Assembly (NCBI GenBank): GCA_963630045.1
Contig: CAVGLF010000001.1
Location: forward strand, 1 to 44,298
Direction of reading: 5' to 3'
Origin: Butyricicoccaceae bacterium
Lineage (GTDB): Bacteria > Bacillota > Clostridia > Oscillospirales > QAMX01
Length of the DNA: 44,298 nt
Each line of letters starts with the position of its first letter. Position 1 is the first letter of the stretch. The notes under the pieces were generated by a model. It was not told the DNA's origin and searched no databases. It saw nothing but the letters and a program-made list of their open reading frames with translations. Made by a program: the position numbers and the translations under genes. Of this stretch, positions 20,701 through 29,718 are shown in pieces.

Positions 20701-21172
20701 TGCGCAGGCGCCGGAGGACGATCCCGAGGCCGCACGGGAGGCCGCCGCCAAAAGAAGCGCCCGCTCCGGCCTGTTCACGGACGATCCCGAAATCCTGCGC
20801 GCCATGGATCCCTCCGGACGGGGGCAGTGCATCCCCGTGCGCTTCACCTCCGCCGGTGCGCTTCGCGCGGATGCTCCCGTCGCCGCGCCGGAGCAGTTTC
20901 AGGACCTGCGCCGCCATGTGGAGGCGATGCTTTCCTCCATGGGCACGTCCCTCGCCTCCGGCGACAACGAAGCGCGTCCCACCCGGGACATCTCCGGGCG
21001 CCTGTTCTGCGAAACCTGCCGTTTTCGCTCCGTATGCCGCTTCGACCCGGACTCCGAGCCCGTACACCGTCTGTCCTCTCTCGGCCGCGCGGATTTCTTC
21101 GCGCAGCTTGCCGGGGAGACGGCCGAACCGTCCGCAGAGAAAGAGGAGGAGAATCATGCCCGAATGGAATGA
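17786..21172 (+). CDS. addB: Helicase-exonuclease AddAB, subunit AddB
   Basis: Start MLHLLLGRSGSGKTAALL (Walker A) with GGAGG upstream. C-terminal nuclease motif (GKVDRVD...VVDYKS) and Fe-S cysteines (CETCRFRSVC). 1128 aa. 17-nt overlap with addA. Confidence 0.92.
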   Translation: MLHLLLGRSGSGKTAALLEAVRAEARGAGRSMLLLVPETASHMTERAAAEALGDRAGELCEVVTFRRLTNRIFAAAGGLALHAPDDGARILLMYGAFERMRRSAKVYTHLPRSCSTIGSFLSFYDECAAGCAAPERLSELSGQCGGTLSDKLRDLSVLFTFYEEGVRASLADPRDALERAAAAAERCGFFRERVVLLDGFEGFTPLERQLLDVILTQSPEVYAAFTGDSLSADEDSVFARPMRTAMRLVRSAEERGHRVRSETCTKRAPRTPSLDYLEEHLEDYGASSFEGDPRGVRLYTAKTAESECRAVAAALRELVRTRELRWRDCAVVTPDLAGYAQTLTATFERMDIPCFLSEKTDLLATPVCALAVSALEAAAGGMETEDVLACLKTGLVPLAHEDIDELENYVLKYRIRSFSPDAPWTGHPDGLACDFDSESSARLERLNVIRSLVRAPLAALRDGIAGVSPAIEKARALYHFLESVGLPELCRTRMEDAEDPAESDLYRQLWEVLCRALDSFADALGERTVDVRTFVSLFRLALEQYSVGVIPPSIDRVHIGSLESLVSRRVKAVFVPGLTDAAYPGASESRGVLSDDEREQLDALGLELSHTPEREEAARRFAFYEAVSRPDLLLWLSCPSGADISESPVLSRIRLLLPGVPQETEPADLQPADARLSVPQTALEAVLEGRAQGAEAWLAREPFSGRLERARRGAALPRGPVQSEALRRALYGARPRLSATGVDLFFSCRYRYFARSGLRLDERRPADFDAPQVGAFLHFVLEHTAREVRERMNGWRHASRADVIACGRRWSEVYAEEKLHISRAGARMRFLYARVRDSLDRLLGDLCDEFSVCLFEPMDFELSFSAHDALGSVEIPLPGGGAAVLSGKVDRVDGFLHNGTLYFRVVDYKSAARAFSYTEIAAGIGMQLLLYLFVLEERAARYRALHPELPPGTPLSPAGVLYAPIGSPVVTLAQAPEDDPEAAREAAAKRSARSGLFTDDPEILRAMDPSGRGQCIPVRFTSAGALRADAPVAAPEQFQDLRRHVEAMLSSMGTSLASGDNEARPTRDISGRLFCETCRFRSVCRFDPDSEPVHRLSSLGRADFFAQLAGETAEPSAEKEEENHARME

Positions 21173-24100
21173 GGCACAGCTGCGCGCCATTGAATCGCGC
21201 GGAAGCGACCTTCTGGTTTCGGCCGGCGCCGGCTCCGGCAAGACCGCCGTGCTGGTCGAGCGGCTTCTGCGCCGCGTCACGCAGGAGGGCATCGACGTCG
21301 ACCGCTTCCTCGTCGTGACCTTCACCCGCGCCGCCGCCTCGGAGATGCTGGCGAAGTTTTCCCGCCGTCTCTCCGACGCCGTCGCACTGCATCCCGATGA
21401 CCGCCGCCTGCGCCGTCAGCTCCGTCTGCTGCCGCGCGCACAGGTGACGACCGTCCACGGCTTCTGCTCCGCCGTGCTGCGCGAGCATTTCCAGCCCGCG
21501 GGGCTCCCCCCGGATTTCCGCATTGCGGACGAGACGGAGGCCGCCTCCCTGCGCGCTCAGACGCTCGACGAGCTCATCGAGGCGCGCTACGAGGCGCAGG
21601 ACGAGGAGTTTCTCGCCCTTTCGGATGCCCTCTCCGCCGCCCGCGACGATACCCGGCTTCTCCGCGTCGTGCAGGATGTCCATGCGCGCATGACGGCGCA
21701 TCCCGACCCCGCCGCCTGGGCGCGCGACGTGCGCCTCTCGGCGGAGGAGGCCTGCCTGAAGGATCCCGCAGATACGCCGGCGGGCGCGTACCTTGCGGGC
21801 GAGGCACGGGCTCTGCTGCGCTACCACATCACGCGCTATGAGGCTCTGGAGACGCTCATCGCCTCCGAGCCCTCCCTTGTCGCCTACGCCGCCTGCATCG
21901 ATACGGAGCTTGCCGCCCTGCGCGAGCTGCTGACGGTCTTCGAGACGGGGGGCTGGGACGATGCGCGCACGGCGCTCGGAAGCGTCTCCTTTGCGCGTCT
22001 GCCCGCCGCGCGGAGCGCTGCCGCAGAGGATCGCGAGCTTGTGAAATCCGTCCGGGGAGACTGGAAAAAGGCGCATGAGACGCTCCTCGGGCGCTTTTCG
22101 CGCAGCGCTGCGGATGCCATGGCGGATGCGCGGACGGCGCTGCCCCTGACGCATGCGCTGATGCGGCTGGTGCTGGACTTCGATGCCGCCTTCACGGACG
22201 CCAAGCGCCGCCGCGGAGTCGTGGATTTCGCGGATCTGGAGCATCTGACGCTGGGGCTGCTGCGTCTGCCCGACGGCAGTCCCACGCCGCTGGCGCGGGA
22301 GCTGTCCGCGCATTTCACGGAAATCCTCGTCGACGAGTACCAGGACACGAATGCCGTGCAGGATTCCATCTTCACGGCTCTGTCCCGCAACAACCTCTTC
22401 ATGGTCGGCGATGTCAAGCAGAGCATCTACCGCTTCCGCCTGGCGGATCCCTCGATCTTCCTGAACCGCTACAACACCTACCCCGACGAGCCTGCGGAGG
22501 AGGGCTCCCCCCGCCGCGTCATCCTGTCTGCCAACTACCGCTCGCGCCGGCAGGTGCTGGATGCCGTCAATTCCGCCATGGAGCGGCTCTTCTCCCCCTC
22601 GCTGGGCGAGCTTTCCTATACGCAGCGCGAGTTCCTGCGTCCCGGACGCGTCTTCCCGGACGTCCCCGATGCCGATTACACCACGGAGCTGCAGCTCATC
22701 CCGCACGGGGATACGGAGGAGGCGGAGTACGCCGCCGGCCGAATCGCGCAGATGGTGCGGGAGGGCTTCCCCGTCACGGACGGCGACGGCATCCGTCCCG
22801 CGCGCTGGGGCGACTTCGCCATCCTCATGCGCAGCTATTCGAAGTCCGCGCCCGTCTTCGCCCGGGTTCTGGAGGCGCACGGCGTCCCCTGCACGCTTGC
22901 GGGCAATCCGCGCAGCCTGCTGGAGGCTCCCGAGATCGAGATGCTCACCGCCATCCTCTCCTGCGTGGACAACCCCCGTCAGGACATCGCGCTGGCCGCT
23001 GCGGCACGGGCGCCCTTCTTCGCCTTCACGGCGGATGATCTGGCCGCCGTCCGCTCGGCCACGCCGGAGGGTCCCTTCTGGAAGGCCGTTTTCCGCGCCG
23101 CCGAATCTTCACGGGCGGGCAGGACACCCGCGGAGGATCTCCCCGACGCGCAGGCGCAGCCGGAGCCGGAGCTTTTCCGCGCCGCCGCAGACCGCTCGGC
23201 CTTCCTCCTCGATACGCTGTCGGAGCTTCGGCGCGCTGCGGAAACGATGCCGCTCGGACGCTTCCTGTGGCATATGGCGGACAGGCTGGAGCTTTTCACG
23301 GCGCTGGCCGCCATGGAGAACGCACAGACCCGGCGTGAAAACCTCCTCGCCTTCTTCTCGCTGGCGTACCGCTTCGAGGGCTCGGGCTACCGCGGGCTGT
23401 ATCGCTTCCTGCGCCGCATCCGCGTCCTGCGCGAACGGGGCGAGTCCCCCGCCGCGCTTGCGCCCTCGGGAGACGCAGATGCCGTGCGCATCATGAGCAT
23501 CCACCGCTCCAAGGGCCTGCAGTTCCCCATTGTCCTCCTCGCGGGCTGCGGAGGCCGCTTCAACACGGAATCCGGCCGCGCCCCGGTGCTGCTGCATCCG
23601 AGGCTGGGGCTGGGCATGCGCTGCCGCAGGATGAGCGAGCGCATCGAGTACCCCACCGTCGCGCAGAACGCCGTCCGCGCCTGTCTGGAGCGCGAAATGC
23701 TCTCCGAGGAGCTGCGCGTGCTGTACGTCGGCATGACGCGCGCGGAGGAAAAGCTCATCCTCACGGCCTCCGTCCGCGATCCCGCGCAGTTTCTCTCGGA
23801 CATTCCGGTCGGCGATGCCTGCGCCCCGATGGCGCTTGCCCGGGAGTCCAGCTTCGCGGGATGGCTCGCGCGGGCGCTGCTGCCGCAGATGCAGGCGGAC
23901 GGCTGCGTCCCGGAGCTCGGCTGGCGCATCGGGACGGGGCAGCTTCCCCCCGCGCAGCCGCAGGAGTGCCCCGTTTGGGAGGAGCCTCCCGTGCTTCCCT
24001 CCCTTTCCCCGGAGGCGCTCTCCTGGGTCTACCCGTATGCGGACGCGCCCGACACGCCGTCCAAGCTCACGGCAACGGCTCTGGCGCGGCTGAGGGAGGA

Positions 24101-24734
24101 CGCGGACGCGCAGGAGCTTCCCTGTCTGCGGGACGGATCCCGGCAGACGGGCGCGCGGCAGACGGTGCGTCCCCGCTTCATCGGGCAGCGCGGGCTGACG
24201 TCCTCGGAGCGCGGCACGGCTCTGCATCTGGCGATGCAGTTCATCCGCTACGAGCGCGCGCTGACGATCTTCGACTGCCGCCGTGAGCTGGAGCGGCTGC
24301 GGGACGAAGCCTTCATCACGCCCGCCGAGGCCGAGGCCGTCGATCCGCAGCGCATCGTGCGCTTCTTCCACTCGGAGCTGGGGCAGCGCCTGCGCAGAAG
24401 TCCCGAGCTTCGGCGGGAGTTCCGCTTCTCCGTCCCCGTCTCCGCCGCGCTGCACACGCACGGCACCCTTTCCCCGCCCGCGCCGGGCGAGGACTCCATC
24501 CTGCTGCAGGGCGTGGTGGACTGCTGCTTTACGGAAAACGGGGAATGGGTCATCGTGGACTTCAAGACGGACGCCGCGGCCTCCGCCGCGCAGATGCGCG
24601 CCCGCTACGCGCCGCAGCTTTCCGCCTATGCACACGCCGTTGCGCGCGTCACGGGACGCAGAGTCCGCGAGTGCGCGCTCTACCTCTTCTCCACGGGCGA
24701 GGCCGTCCGTGTCGAGTTTCCCCGCGAGTCCTGA
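21156..24734 (+). CDS. addA: Helicase-exonuclease AddAB, subunit AddA (UvrD/Rep-type helicase + RecB-type nuclease)
   Basis: Start MPEWNEAQLRAIESRGSDLLVSAGAGSGKTAVLVERLL. Helicase motifs include ILVDEYQDTN, RSIHRSKGLQFP and YVGMTRAEEKL. C-terminal nuclease motif GVVDCCF...VIVDFKTD. 1192 aa. Confidence 0.93.
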   Translation: MPEWNEAQLRAIESRGSDLLVSAGAGSGKTAVLVERLLRRVTQEGIDVDRFLVVTFTRAAASEMLAKFSRRLSDAVALHPDDRRLRRQLRLLPRAQVTTVHGFCSAVLREHFQPAGLPPDFRIADETEAASLRAQTLDELIEARYEAQDEEFLALSDALSAARDDTRLLRVVQDVHARMTAHPDPAAWARDVRLSAEEACLKDPADTPAGAYLAGEARALLRYHITRYEALETLIASEPSLVAYAACIDTELAALRELLTVFETGGWDDARTALGSVSFARLPAARSAAAEDRELVKSVRGDWKKAHETLLGRFSRSAADAMADARTALPLTHALMRLVLDFDAAFTDAKRRRGVVDFADLEHLTLGLLRLPDGSPTPLARELSAHFTEILVDEYQDTNAVQDSIFTALSRNNLFMVGDVKQSIYRFRLADPSIFLNRYNTYPDEPAEEGSPRRVILSANYRSRRQVLDAVNSAMERLFSPSLGELSYTQREFLRPGRVFPDVPDADYTTELQLIPHGDTEEAEYAAGRIAQMVREGFPVTDGDGIRPARWGDFAILMRSYSKSAPVFARVLEAHGVPCTLAGNPRSLLEAPEIEMLTAILSCVDNPRQDIALAAAARAPFFAFTADDLAAVRSATPEGPFWKAVFRAAESSRAGRTPAEDLPDAQAQPEPELFRAAADRSAFLLDTLSELRRAAETMPLGRFLWHMADRLELFTALAAMENAQTRRENLLAFFSLAYRFEGSGYRGLYRFLRRIRVLRERGESPAALAPSGDADAVRIMSIHRSKGLQFPIVLLAGCGGRFNTESGRAPVLLHPRLGLGMRCRRMSERIEYPTVAQNAVRACLEREMLSEELRVLYVGMTRAEEKLILTASVRDPAQFLSDIPVGDACAPMALARESSFAGWLARALLPQMQADGCVPELGWRIGTGQLPPAQPQECPVWEEPPVLPSLSPEALSWVYPYADAPDTPSKLTATALARLREDADAQELPCLRDGSRQTGARQTVRPRFIGQRGLTSSERGTALHLAMQFIRYERALTIFDCRRELERLRDEAFITPAEAEAVDPQRIVRFFHSELGQRLRRSPELRREFRFSVPVSAALHTHGTLSPPAPGEDSILLQGVVDCCFTENGEWVIVDFKTDAAASAAQMRARYAPQLSAYAHAVARVTGRRVRECALYLFSTGEAVRVEFPRES

Positions 24735-24852
24735 CGCGTCCCCCGTCCGGCTTTTTCCCCCGGCTTTCCACCCGCTTTCCCCAAAGTTTCCCCCTTTTCC
24801 CCAGAGTTTTCCCCAATTTCAAAAAAGGGGCTGTCCCGCCCCTCAATGCTGC

Positions 24853-24906
24853 AAAAAACACTGCGAAAGGCATACCGTAAAGCGTATGCTTTTCGCAGTG
24901 TTTTCC
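24853..24906. terminator. Bidirectional intrinsic terminator between convergent addA and rnpB
   Basis: 21-bp stem AAAACACTGCGAAAGGCATAC / GTATGCTTTTCGCAGTGTTTT (one G-U pair). The A run on the 5' side and the T run on the 3' side lie within the stem arms, so either strand ends the hairpin in U residues. Confidence 0.8.
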
Positions 24907-24975
24907 TTCATTTATGTGATTTTTGCCTTTTGGCGGTGATTCCCAGGAGTTTTTTTTGAAAAAAGGGGCGCTTTT

Positions 24976-25388
24976 TCGGAAAAGACTGCCTCCTGTAAGC
25001 CGGGTTCTGTCGTGAGCGATCATCTATCTGGGACGGTCGTTGCCGGCCGCCTCTAGCCACTTTTCGGGGCACGCACGCCGGGCAGGCGTGCCGCATATGC
25101 GGGTCCCCTTCGTGTTGCTTCGGATAGAGTTTACAGGGCTGCCTGCGTCTCCGCAGCGCCGGTGAGCTCTTACCTCGCCTTTCCACCCTTACCTCCCCCT
25201 TTTCCCTTTTTGCAAAGGGAAAAAAGGGAGGCGGTATATCTCTGTTGCACTTGTCCGGAGGTTGCCCTCGGCGGGTGTTACCCGTTATCCTTGCCCTATG
25301 AAGCCCGGACTTTCCTCATCCCCGCGCACCCTTTTTTAAAAAGAGGGCACACGGACGGACGCGATCGCTTAAAAACAGCCTTTTCCGA
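24976..25388 (-). ncRNA. rnpB: RNase P RNA, bacterial type A
   Basis: Minus strand contains the universal P4 strands GAGGAAAGTCCGGGC (25315-25301) and ACAGAACCCGGCTTA (25010-24996). It also has GGTAAGGGTGGAAAGGCGAGGTAAGAGCTCACC and AGTGCAACAGAGA blocks colinear with E. coli M1 RNA. P1 is GGAAAAGGCTG (25386-25376) paired with CAGTCTTTTCC (24988-24978). Ends are approximate to within about 5 nt. Confidence 0.93.
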
Positions 25389-25465
25389 AAAAACGTCCCT
25401 GATGCTTCCCGCCTGTCTGCGGCGGATTTTTTTATTGGGGGGGAATCCCCCGGGGCGCACGGAGT

Positions 25466-25494
25466 ATTATAGCACTCCGCGCGCCCGTTGTCAA
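25466..25494 (-). promoter_or_regulatory. Consensus sigma-70 promoter upstream of rnpB
   Basis: Minus strand reads TTGACA (25494-25489) - 17 nt - TATAAT (25471-25466). Confidence 0.75.
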
Positions 25495-25550
25495 TTTCGG
25501 GTTTTTCCACCCCTCTCATGGGGGTACTCTTTTTTCCCCCCCCGGGGGCG

Positions 25551-27929
25551 CTATTTCAGCTCCACGACGGTTACGCCGAGGTCTCCCTCGCCGTAGCGGC
25601 CCAGACGGAAGGACGCCACGCGGCGGTCGCGCTTCAGGGCATTCTGCACCGCCTGACGCAGTACGCCCGTGCCCTTGCCGTGGATGACCGTCACCGTCTT
25701 CAGATTCGCCATCGACGAGGTATCGAGGAATCTCTGCAGCACCATCTCCGCCTCGTCTGCGTTCATGCCGCGCAGATCGACGGAGGTCGCGGCACCCATG
25801 GTCGCGCTGGCGGCCTGGACGGCGGTCTTTACGACCTTCTTCGTCTCCTTCTCCGCCTCGCTCTCCACAAGCTGCACGTCCCCGGCCTTCGCACTGATCT
25901 GGAGGATGCCCGCCTGCAGCCGGAGCTTTTTGCCGGAAATCTCCAGCACCGTTGCGCGGTTGCCCGTCGCCAGAAGCTCCACCGTGTCGCCCACGCGGAT
26001 GGGACGGCTGTTTTCGGCCACGCGCTTCTTCGGCTCGGGACGGGTACCCGCCTTCGCCTCATTCAGCACGCGTCCCACCGTCGCGCGCGCCTCGGAGATG
26101 TTCTTCGAGAATGCGTCGGCCGCGGCCTCGCGGCGCATGCGGTCCAGCTCGTCGTACGCCAGCTGAGCCGCCGAGCGCGCCTCCTCGATGATGTCCTGCG
26201 CCTTTTTGCGCGCCGCCTCCAGCTCCCGCTCGCGCTCGCGGTCGAGTCCCGCAAGAGCCGCCGCGGCGCGTTTGTTCGTTTCCTCCGCCGCGCGGCGCAG
26301 CTCCCTCGTCTCCATGCGTTCGCGCTCCATCGCCTGACGTTCCTGCTCCAGACGGTTTAATACGTCCTCAAACTGCACATTTTCCGACTGCAGCGAGCTC
26401 TTCGCGTCCCGGACGATCTCCTCGGGGAGTCCCAGCCTGCGCGAGATGGCGAAGGCATTCGACTTGCCGGGTACGCCGATGAGCAGCCTGTATGTCGGCT
26501 TCAGCGTCTCCAGGTCGAACTCGCACGCCGCGTTCTCAACGCCCTCGGTCGTCAGCGCGTAGGACTTCAGCTCCGCATAGTGCGTCGTCGCAAGCACGCG
26601 CGCGCCCCGTCCGCGGATATGCTCGATGATCGCCTGCGCCAGAGCCGCGCCCTCGACCGGGTCCGTACCCGCGCCCAGCTCGTCGAACAGCACCATCGAA
26701 TGCTCATCCAGCTCCCCCAGAATGCCGACGATCGTCGTCATATGCGAGGAGAAGGTCGAAAGCGACTGCGAGATGCTCTGCTCGTCGCCGATGTCCGCGA
26801 AGATCCTCGTAAACACGCTCACGCGGCTGTCGTACTCCGCCGGAATGTGCAGGCCGCACATCGCCATCAGCGTCAGCAAACCCATCGTCTTCAGCGCGAC
26901 GGTCTTGCCGCCGGTGTTCGGACCCGTGATGACCAGCGTGTCGAAGCCGTCCCCCACGCGGATGTCGATCGGGACGGCGGTGTCGCGCGGCAGCAGGGGA
27001 TGGCGCGCGCGGCGCAGCACGACCGCGCCGTCCGAGGTGAGCTTCGGCGGCTGTCCATCGATGTCCAGCGCAAAGCGCGCCCGGGCGAAGATGACATCCA
27101 GCTCCGTCAGGATGCGGAAGTCATCGGCAAGACCCGCGGCAAACTGTGCGACCTCGTCGGACAGCTCCGCCAGAATCCGCTCGATCTCCTTATGCTCGCG
27201 CGATGCCAGGATGCGCAGCTCGTTGTTCGCCTCCACAACGGCGTTCGGCTCGATGTAGACGGTCTGACCGGACGCGGAGACATCGTGCACAAGTCCCGGG
27301 AAGGAGCCCTTGCACTCGATTTTGACCGGCACGACATAGCGGTCGCCGCGGATGGTGATGATGTTCTCCTGCAGCAGCTTCTGATACGACGGAGAGGAGA
27401 CGATGCGGTGCAGCACCTCGCGCACGCGGGCGTTCGCCGCACGGATCTGCCGGCGGATCGACGCAAGCTCGGGGGATGCGTTGTCCGCCATCTCCTCCTC
27501 GCTCAGAATGCAGGCGGAGATGTGCTCCTCCAGGAATTTGTTCGCGCCGATGGCCTGAAAATAGTGGTCGATGGAGGTGCCCGGCGCATCATCGCGGCGG
27601 TCGGTGCTCATCCACGCCTTCGTGTCCCGCGCCGTGCGCAGGAAGGCCGCGATGCGCAGCAGCTCCGCGGGGTTCAATGTGCCTCCGCGCTCCGCGCGTC
27701 CGACGCTTTCCGTAATGTCCCTGAGCCCGGAGAAGGCCGGAGCCGGACGCGTCGCCATCAGCGACAGCGCATCCTGCGTCTCCTGCATGCTCCGCTGCAT
27801 GTCCTCAATGTCCTCCAGCGGCAGAAGGCTGCGGATGCGCTCCTTCGCCGTTTCGGACGCCGCGAACTCCGCCGCCCGCTCCAGTACGCCCGGCAGCTCC
27901 AGCGTGCGGATGGATTTTTCATAAATCAT
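25551..27929 (-). CDS. mutS2: Endonuclease MutS2 (MutS-II ATPase with C-terminal Smr domain)
   Basis: 792 aa with Walker A ITGPNTGGKTV, DELGAGTDP and a C-terminal Smr domain (DLRGMNADEA...VIHGKGTGVLR). Confidence 0.93.
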   Translation of the reverse strand: MIYEKSIRTLELPGVLERAAEFAASETAKERIRSLLPLEDIEDMQRSMQETQDALSLMATRPAPAFSGLRDITESVGRAERGGTLNPAELLRIAAFLRTARDTKAWMSTDRRDDAPGTSIDHYFQAIGANKFLEEHISACILSEEEMADNASPELASIRRQIRAANARVREVLHRIVSSPSYQKLLQENIITIRGDRYVVPVKIECKGSFPGLVHDVSASGQTVYIEPNAVVEANNELRILASREHKEIERILAELSDEVAQFAAGLADDFRILTELDVIFARARFALDIDGQPPKLTSDGAVVLRRARHPLLPRDTAVPIDIRVGDGFDTLVITGPNTGGKTVALKTMGLLTLMAMCGLHIPAEYDSRVSVFTRIFADIGDEQSISQSLSTFSSHMTTIVGILGELDEHSMVLFDELGAGTDPVEGAALAQAIIEHIRGRGARVLATTHYAELKSYALTTEGVENAACEFDLETLKPTYRLLIGVPGKSNAFAISRRLGLPEEIVRDAKSSLQSENVQFEDVLNRLEQERQAMERERMETRELRRAAEETNKRAAAALAGLDRERERELEAARKKAQDIIEEARSAAQLAYDELDRMRREAAADAFSKNISEARATVGRVLNEAKAGTRPEPKKRVAENSRPIRVGDTVELLATGNRATVLEISGKKLRLQAGILQISAKAGDVQLVESEAEKETKKVVKTAVQAASATMGAATSVDLRGMNADEAEMVLQRFLDTSSMANLKTVTVIHGKGTGVLRQAVQNALKRDRRVASFRLGRYGEGDLGVTVVELK

Positions 27930-27962
27930 GGTGTTATTTTCCTTTAAAAAAAGCCGATTTGC

Positions 27963-28736
27963 TCATGTGGCGGGGGAAGTTTCCGTCTCCCCCGGCACTT
28001 CTGCGGACGGGGTTTTCCCCGCGTCCCGCAGCCTTTTGTAATACTCCAGCGTCTGTGAGCCGTGCTCCCAGCAGTGAGCCGCGTACTTCTCCGCGGCCTC
28101 CGCAAGGGCGCGGAGGCTCTCCTCCCCCAGCGTGAAGGAGAAGACGCGCGGCACGGGCGCCGTGACGATATGCCGCATGGCGGCTCTTGCTCCCTCGGTC
28201 ATCGCGATGCCGCGTCCGGCAAAGCGTCCCTCTCCGGGCAGAAAGCATTGCCCCTCGCCCGCGAGATTCGGCTCGAAGCCCGTCATGGACAGCAGCCGCA
28301 GGGTAAACGCCGCCCGCACAAGCTCTGTTGGCTGCCGTCCCTGCTCCAGCGTCCGCAGGGCATACAGCGCAAGCTGCAGCGGCTCCGGCGCGGGCAGTCC
28401 CGCCGGCACGCAGTCGCAGAGCGCCTCGGCGGCGTAGGCCGCCAGCGCAAAGCGCTCGAAGTCCCGGGTCAGTCCGCGGAACTGCACGACCGCCGCCGCC
28501 TCCTCGACGCGCCAGACATTCTTCCGCACGAGGAAGGAAAAGTCCGAATAGGTGAAGGTCTGCGTTGCGCCCGCGAGTGCGCTGCGGCTCTTTCCCGAGC
28601 CGTAGGCCTGTACGCGCAGGAGTCCGCGCTCCGCCGTAAGCACCTCGAGCGTCCGGTTCGCGCCCCGCCCGTCGTACTCTCTGAGCACCAGCCCGCGCAG
28701 CGAAAGCCGTTCCTCCGCCGCGAGGTCAGTTTTCAT
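27963..28736 (-). CDS. recO: DNA repair protein RecO
   Basis: 257 aa, overlaps the era stop (conserved era-recO order). N-terminal OB-fold pattern (GLVLREYDGRGANRTLEVLTAERGLLRVQAYG). Assignment rests on context plus pattern. Confidence 0.75.
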   Translation of the reverse strand: MKTDLAAEERLSLRGLVLREYDGRGANRTLEVLTAERGLLRVQAYGSGKSRSALAGATQTFTYSDFSFLVRKNVWRVEEAAAVVQFRGLTRDFERFALAAYAAEALCDCVPAGLPAPEPLQLALYALRTLEQGRQPTELVRAAFTLRLLSMTGFEPNLAGEGQCFLPGEGRFAGRGIAMTEGARAAMRHIVTAPVPRVFSFTLGEESLRALAEAAEKYAAHCWEHGSQTLEYYKRLRDAGKTPSAEVPGETETSPAT

Positions 28737-29613
28737 ACCCGAAGTTGCGCATCTGGTAGAGGTTGTCCCTCCAGCCCTCCTTGACCTTCACCCAGAGCTC
28801 CAGATAGACCTTCTTCCCCGTCTGATGCTCCAGATCCTCCCGCGCCAGCCGTCCGACCTCCTTGAGCATGGAGCCGCCCTTGCCGATGACGATGGCCTTG
28901 TGCGAGGCGCGCTCCACGAAGATCGTCGCCGCGATCGAAAGCGTCCCGGAGTCCGTCACCTCATAGCGGTCGATGACAACGGCCGTGCCGTGCGGCACCT
29001 CGCGGTCGAGCTTCCACAGGAGCTTCTCGCGGATGGTCTCCGCCGCCAGCACGCGCTCGGGCTGGTCGGACACCATGTCCTCCGGGAAGAGCGCCTCGCC
29101 CTCCTCCAGAAGTCCCTCAAGCTCGTGCATCAGGATGTCCAGCCCGTCCTTCTTCCTCGCCGAAATCGGCACGACGGCGCGGAAATCCAGCTTTCCCTGA
29201 TACGCCGCAATGACGGGCAGCAGCGCCTCGGGCTCGATCGTGTCGATCTTGTTGATGACGAGAATGCAGGGCAGCCCCGACTCCCGGATGTTCTCGAGAA
29301 GCACCTCCTCGGGCTTGCCCGGAGCCTCCGGCTCCGCCACCAGCACGACGGCATCCGTGTCCGTCACCGTCTCCTCGACAATCTCCATCATGAAATCGCC
29401 CAGACGGTTGCGCGGCTTGTGGAAGCCGGGCGTATCGACGAAGACGTACTGTCCCCCGCCGCGGTTGACGACCGCCATGACGCGGCTGCGGGTGGTCTGG
29501 GGCTTATCGGATACGATGGCGACCTTCTCCCCCGCCAGAGCGTTCAGCAGGGTGGATTTTCCGACGTTCGGACGTCCTACGATGGCAAACATGCCGCATT
29601 TTGTGATGTTCAT
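28726..29613 (-). CDS. era: GTPase Era
   Basis: 295 aa with G1 GRPNVGKST, G3 DTPG, G4 NKID and a C-terminal KH domain (VIGKGGSMLK). Confidence 0.95.
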   Translation of the reverse strand: MNITKCGMFAIVGRPNVGKSTLLNALAGEKVAIVSDKPQTTRSRVMAVVNRGGGQYVFVDTPGFHKPRNRLGDFMMEIVEETVTDTDAVVLVAEPEAPGKPEEVLLENIRESGLPCILVINKIDTIEPEALLPVIAAYQGKLDFRAVVPISARKKDGLDILMHELEGLLEEGEALFPEDMVSDQPERVLAAETIREKLLWKLDREVPHGTAVVIDRYEVTDSGTLSIAATIFVERASHKAIVIGKGGSMLKEVGRLAREDLEHQTGKKVYLELWVKVKEGWRDNLYQMRNFGYEN

Positions 29614-29718
29614 ATAATAACTGCCTTACATCCTTATTTTTTACGGGAACCCCTCCCCCGGGGAGGGGGGCTGATTTGTTTTTTTCCCCCCCCGGGAGGA
29701 GGGGCGCTTATGCACCGG

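Noticed and set aside
17675-21325. 1216-aa ORF on the minus strand; similar ORFs at 20844-22880 and 23109-24635
   Set aside because: These are antisense to addB/addA, whose helicase and nuclease motifs are unambiguous on the plus strand. The translations are Arg/Gly/Ala-rich with no motifs.
24649-25596. Several 60-145-aa ORFs (24649-25023, 24908-25186, 25162-25596, 25316-25519)
   Set aside because: They lie across the RNase P RNA gene and its promoter and terminator. The region is explained by rnpB.
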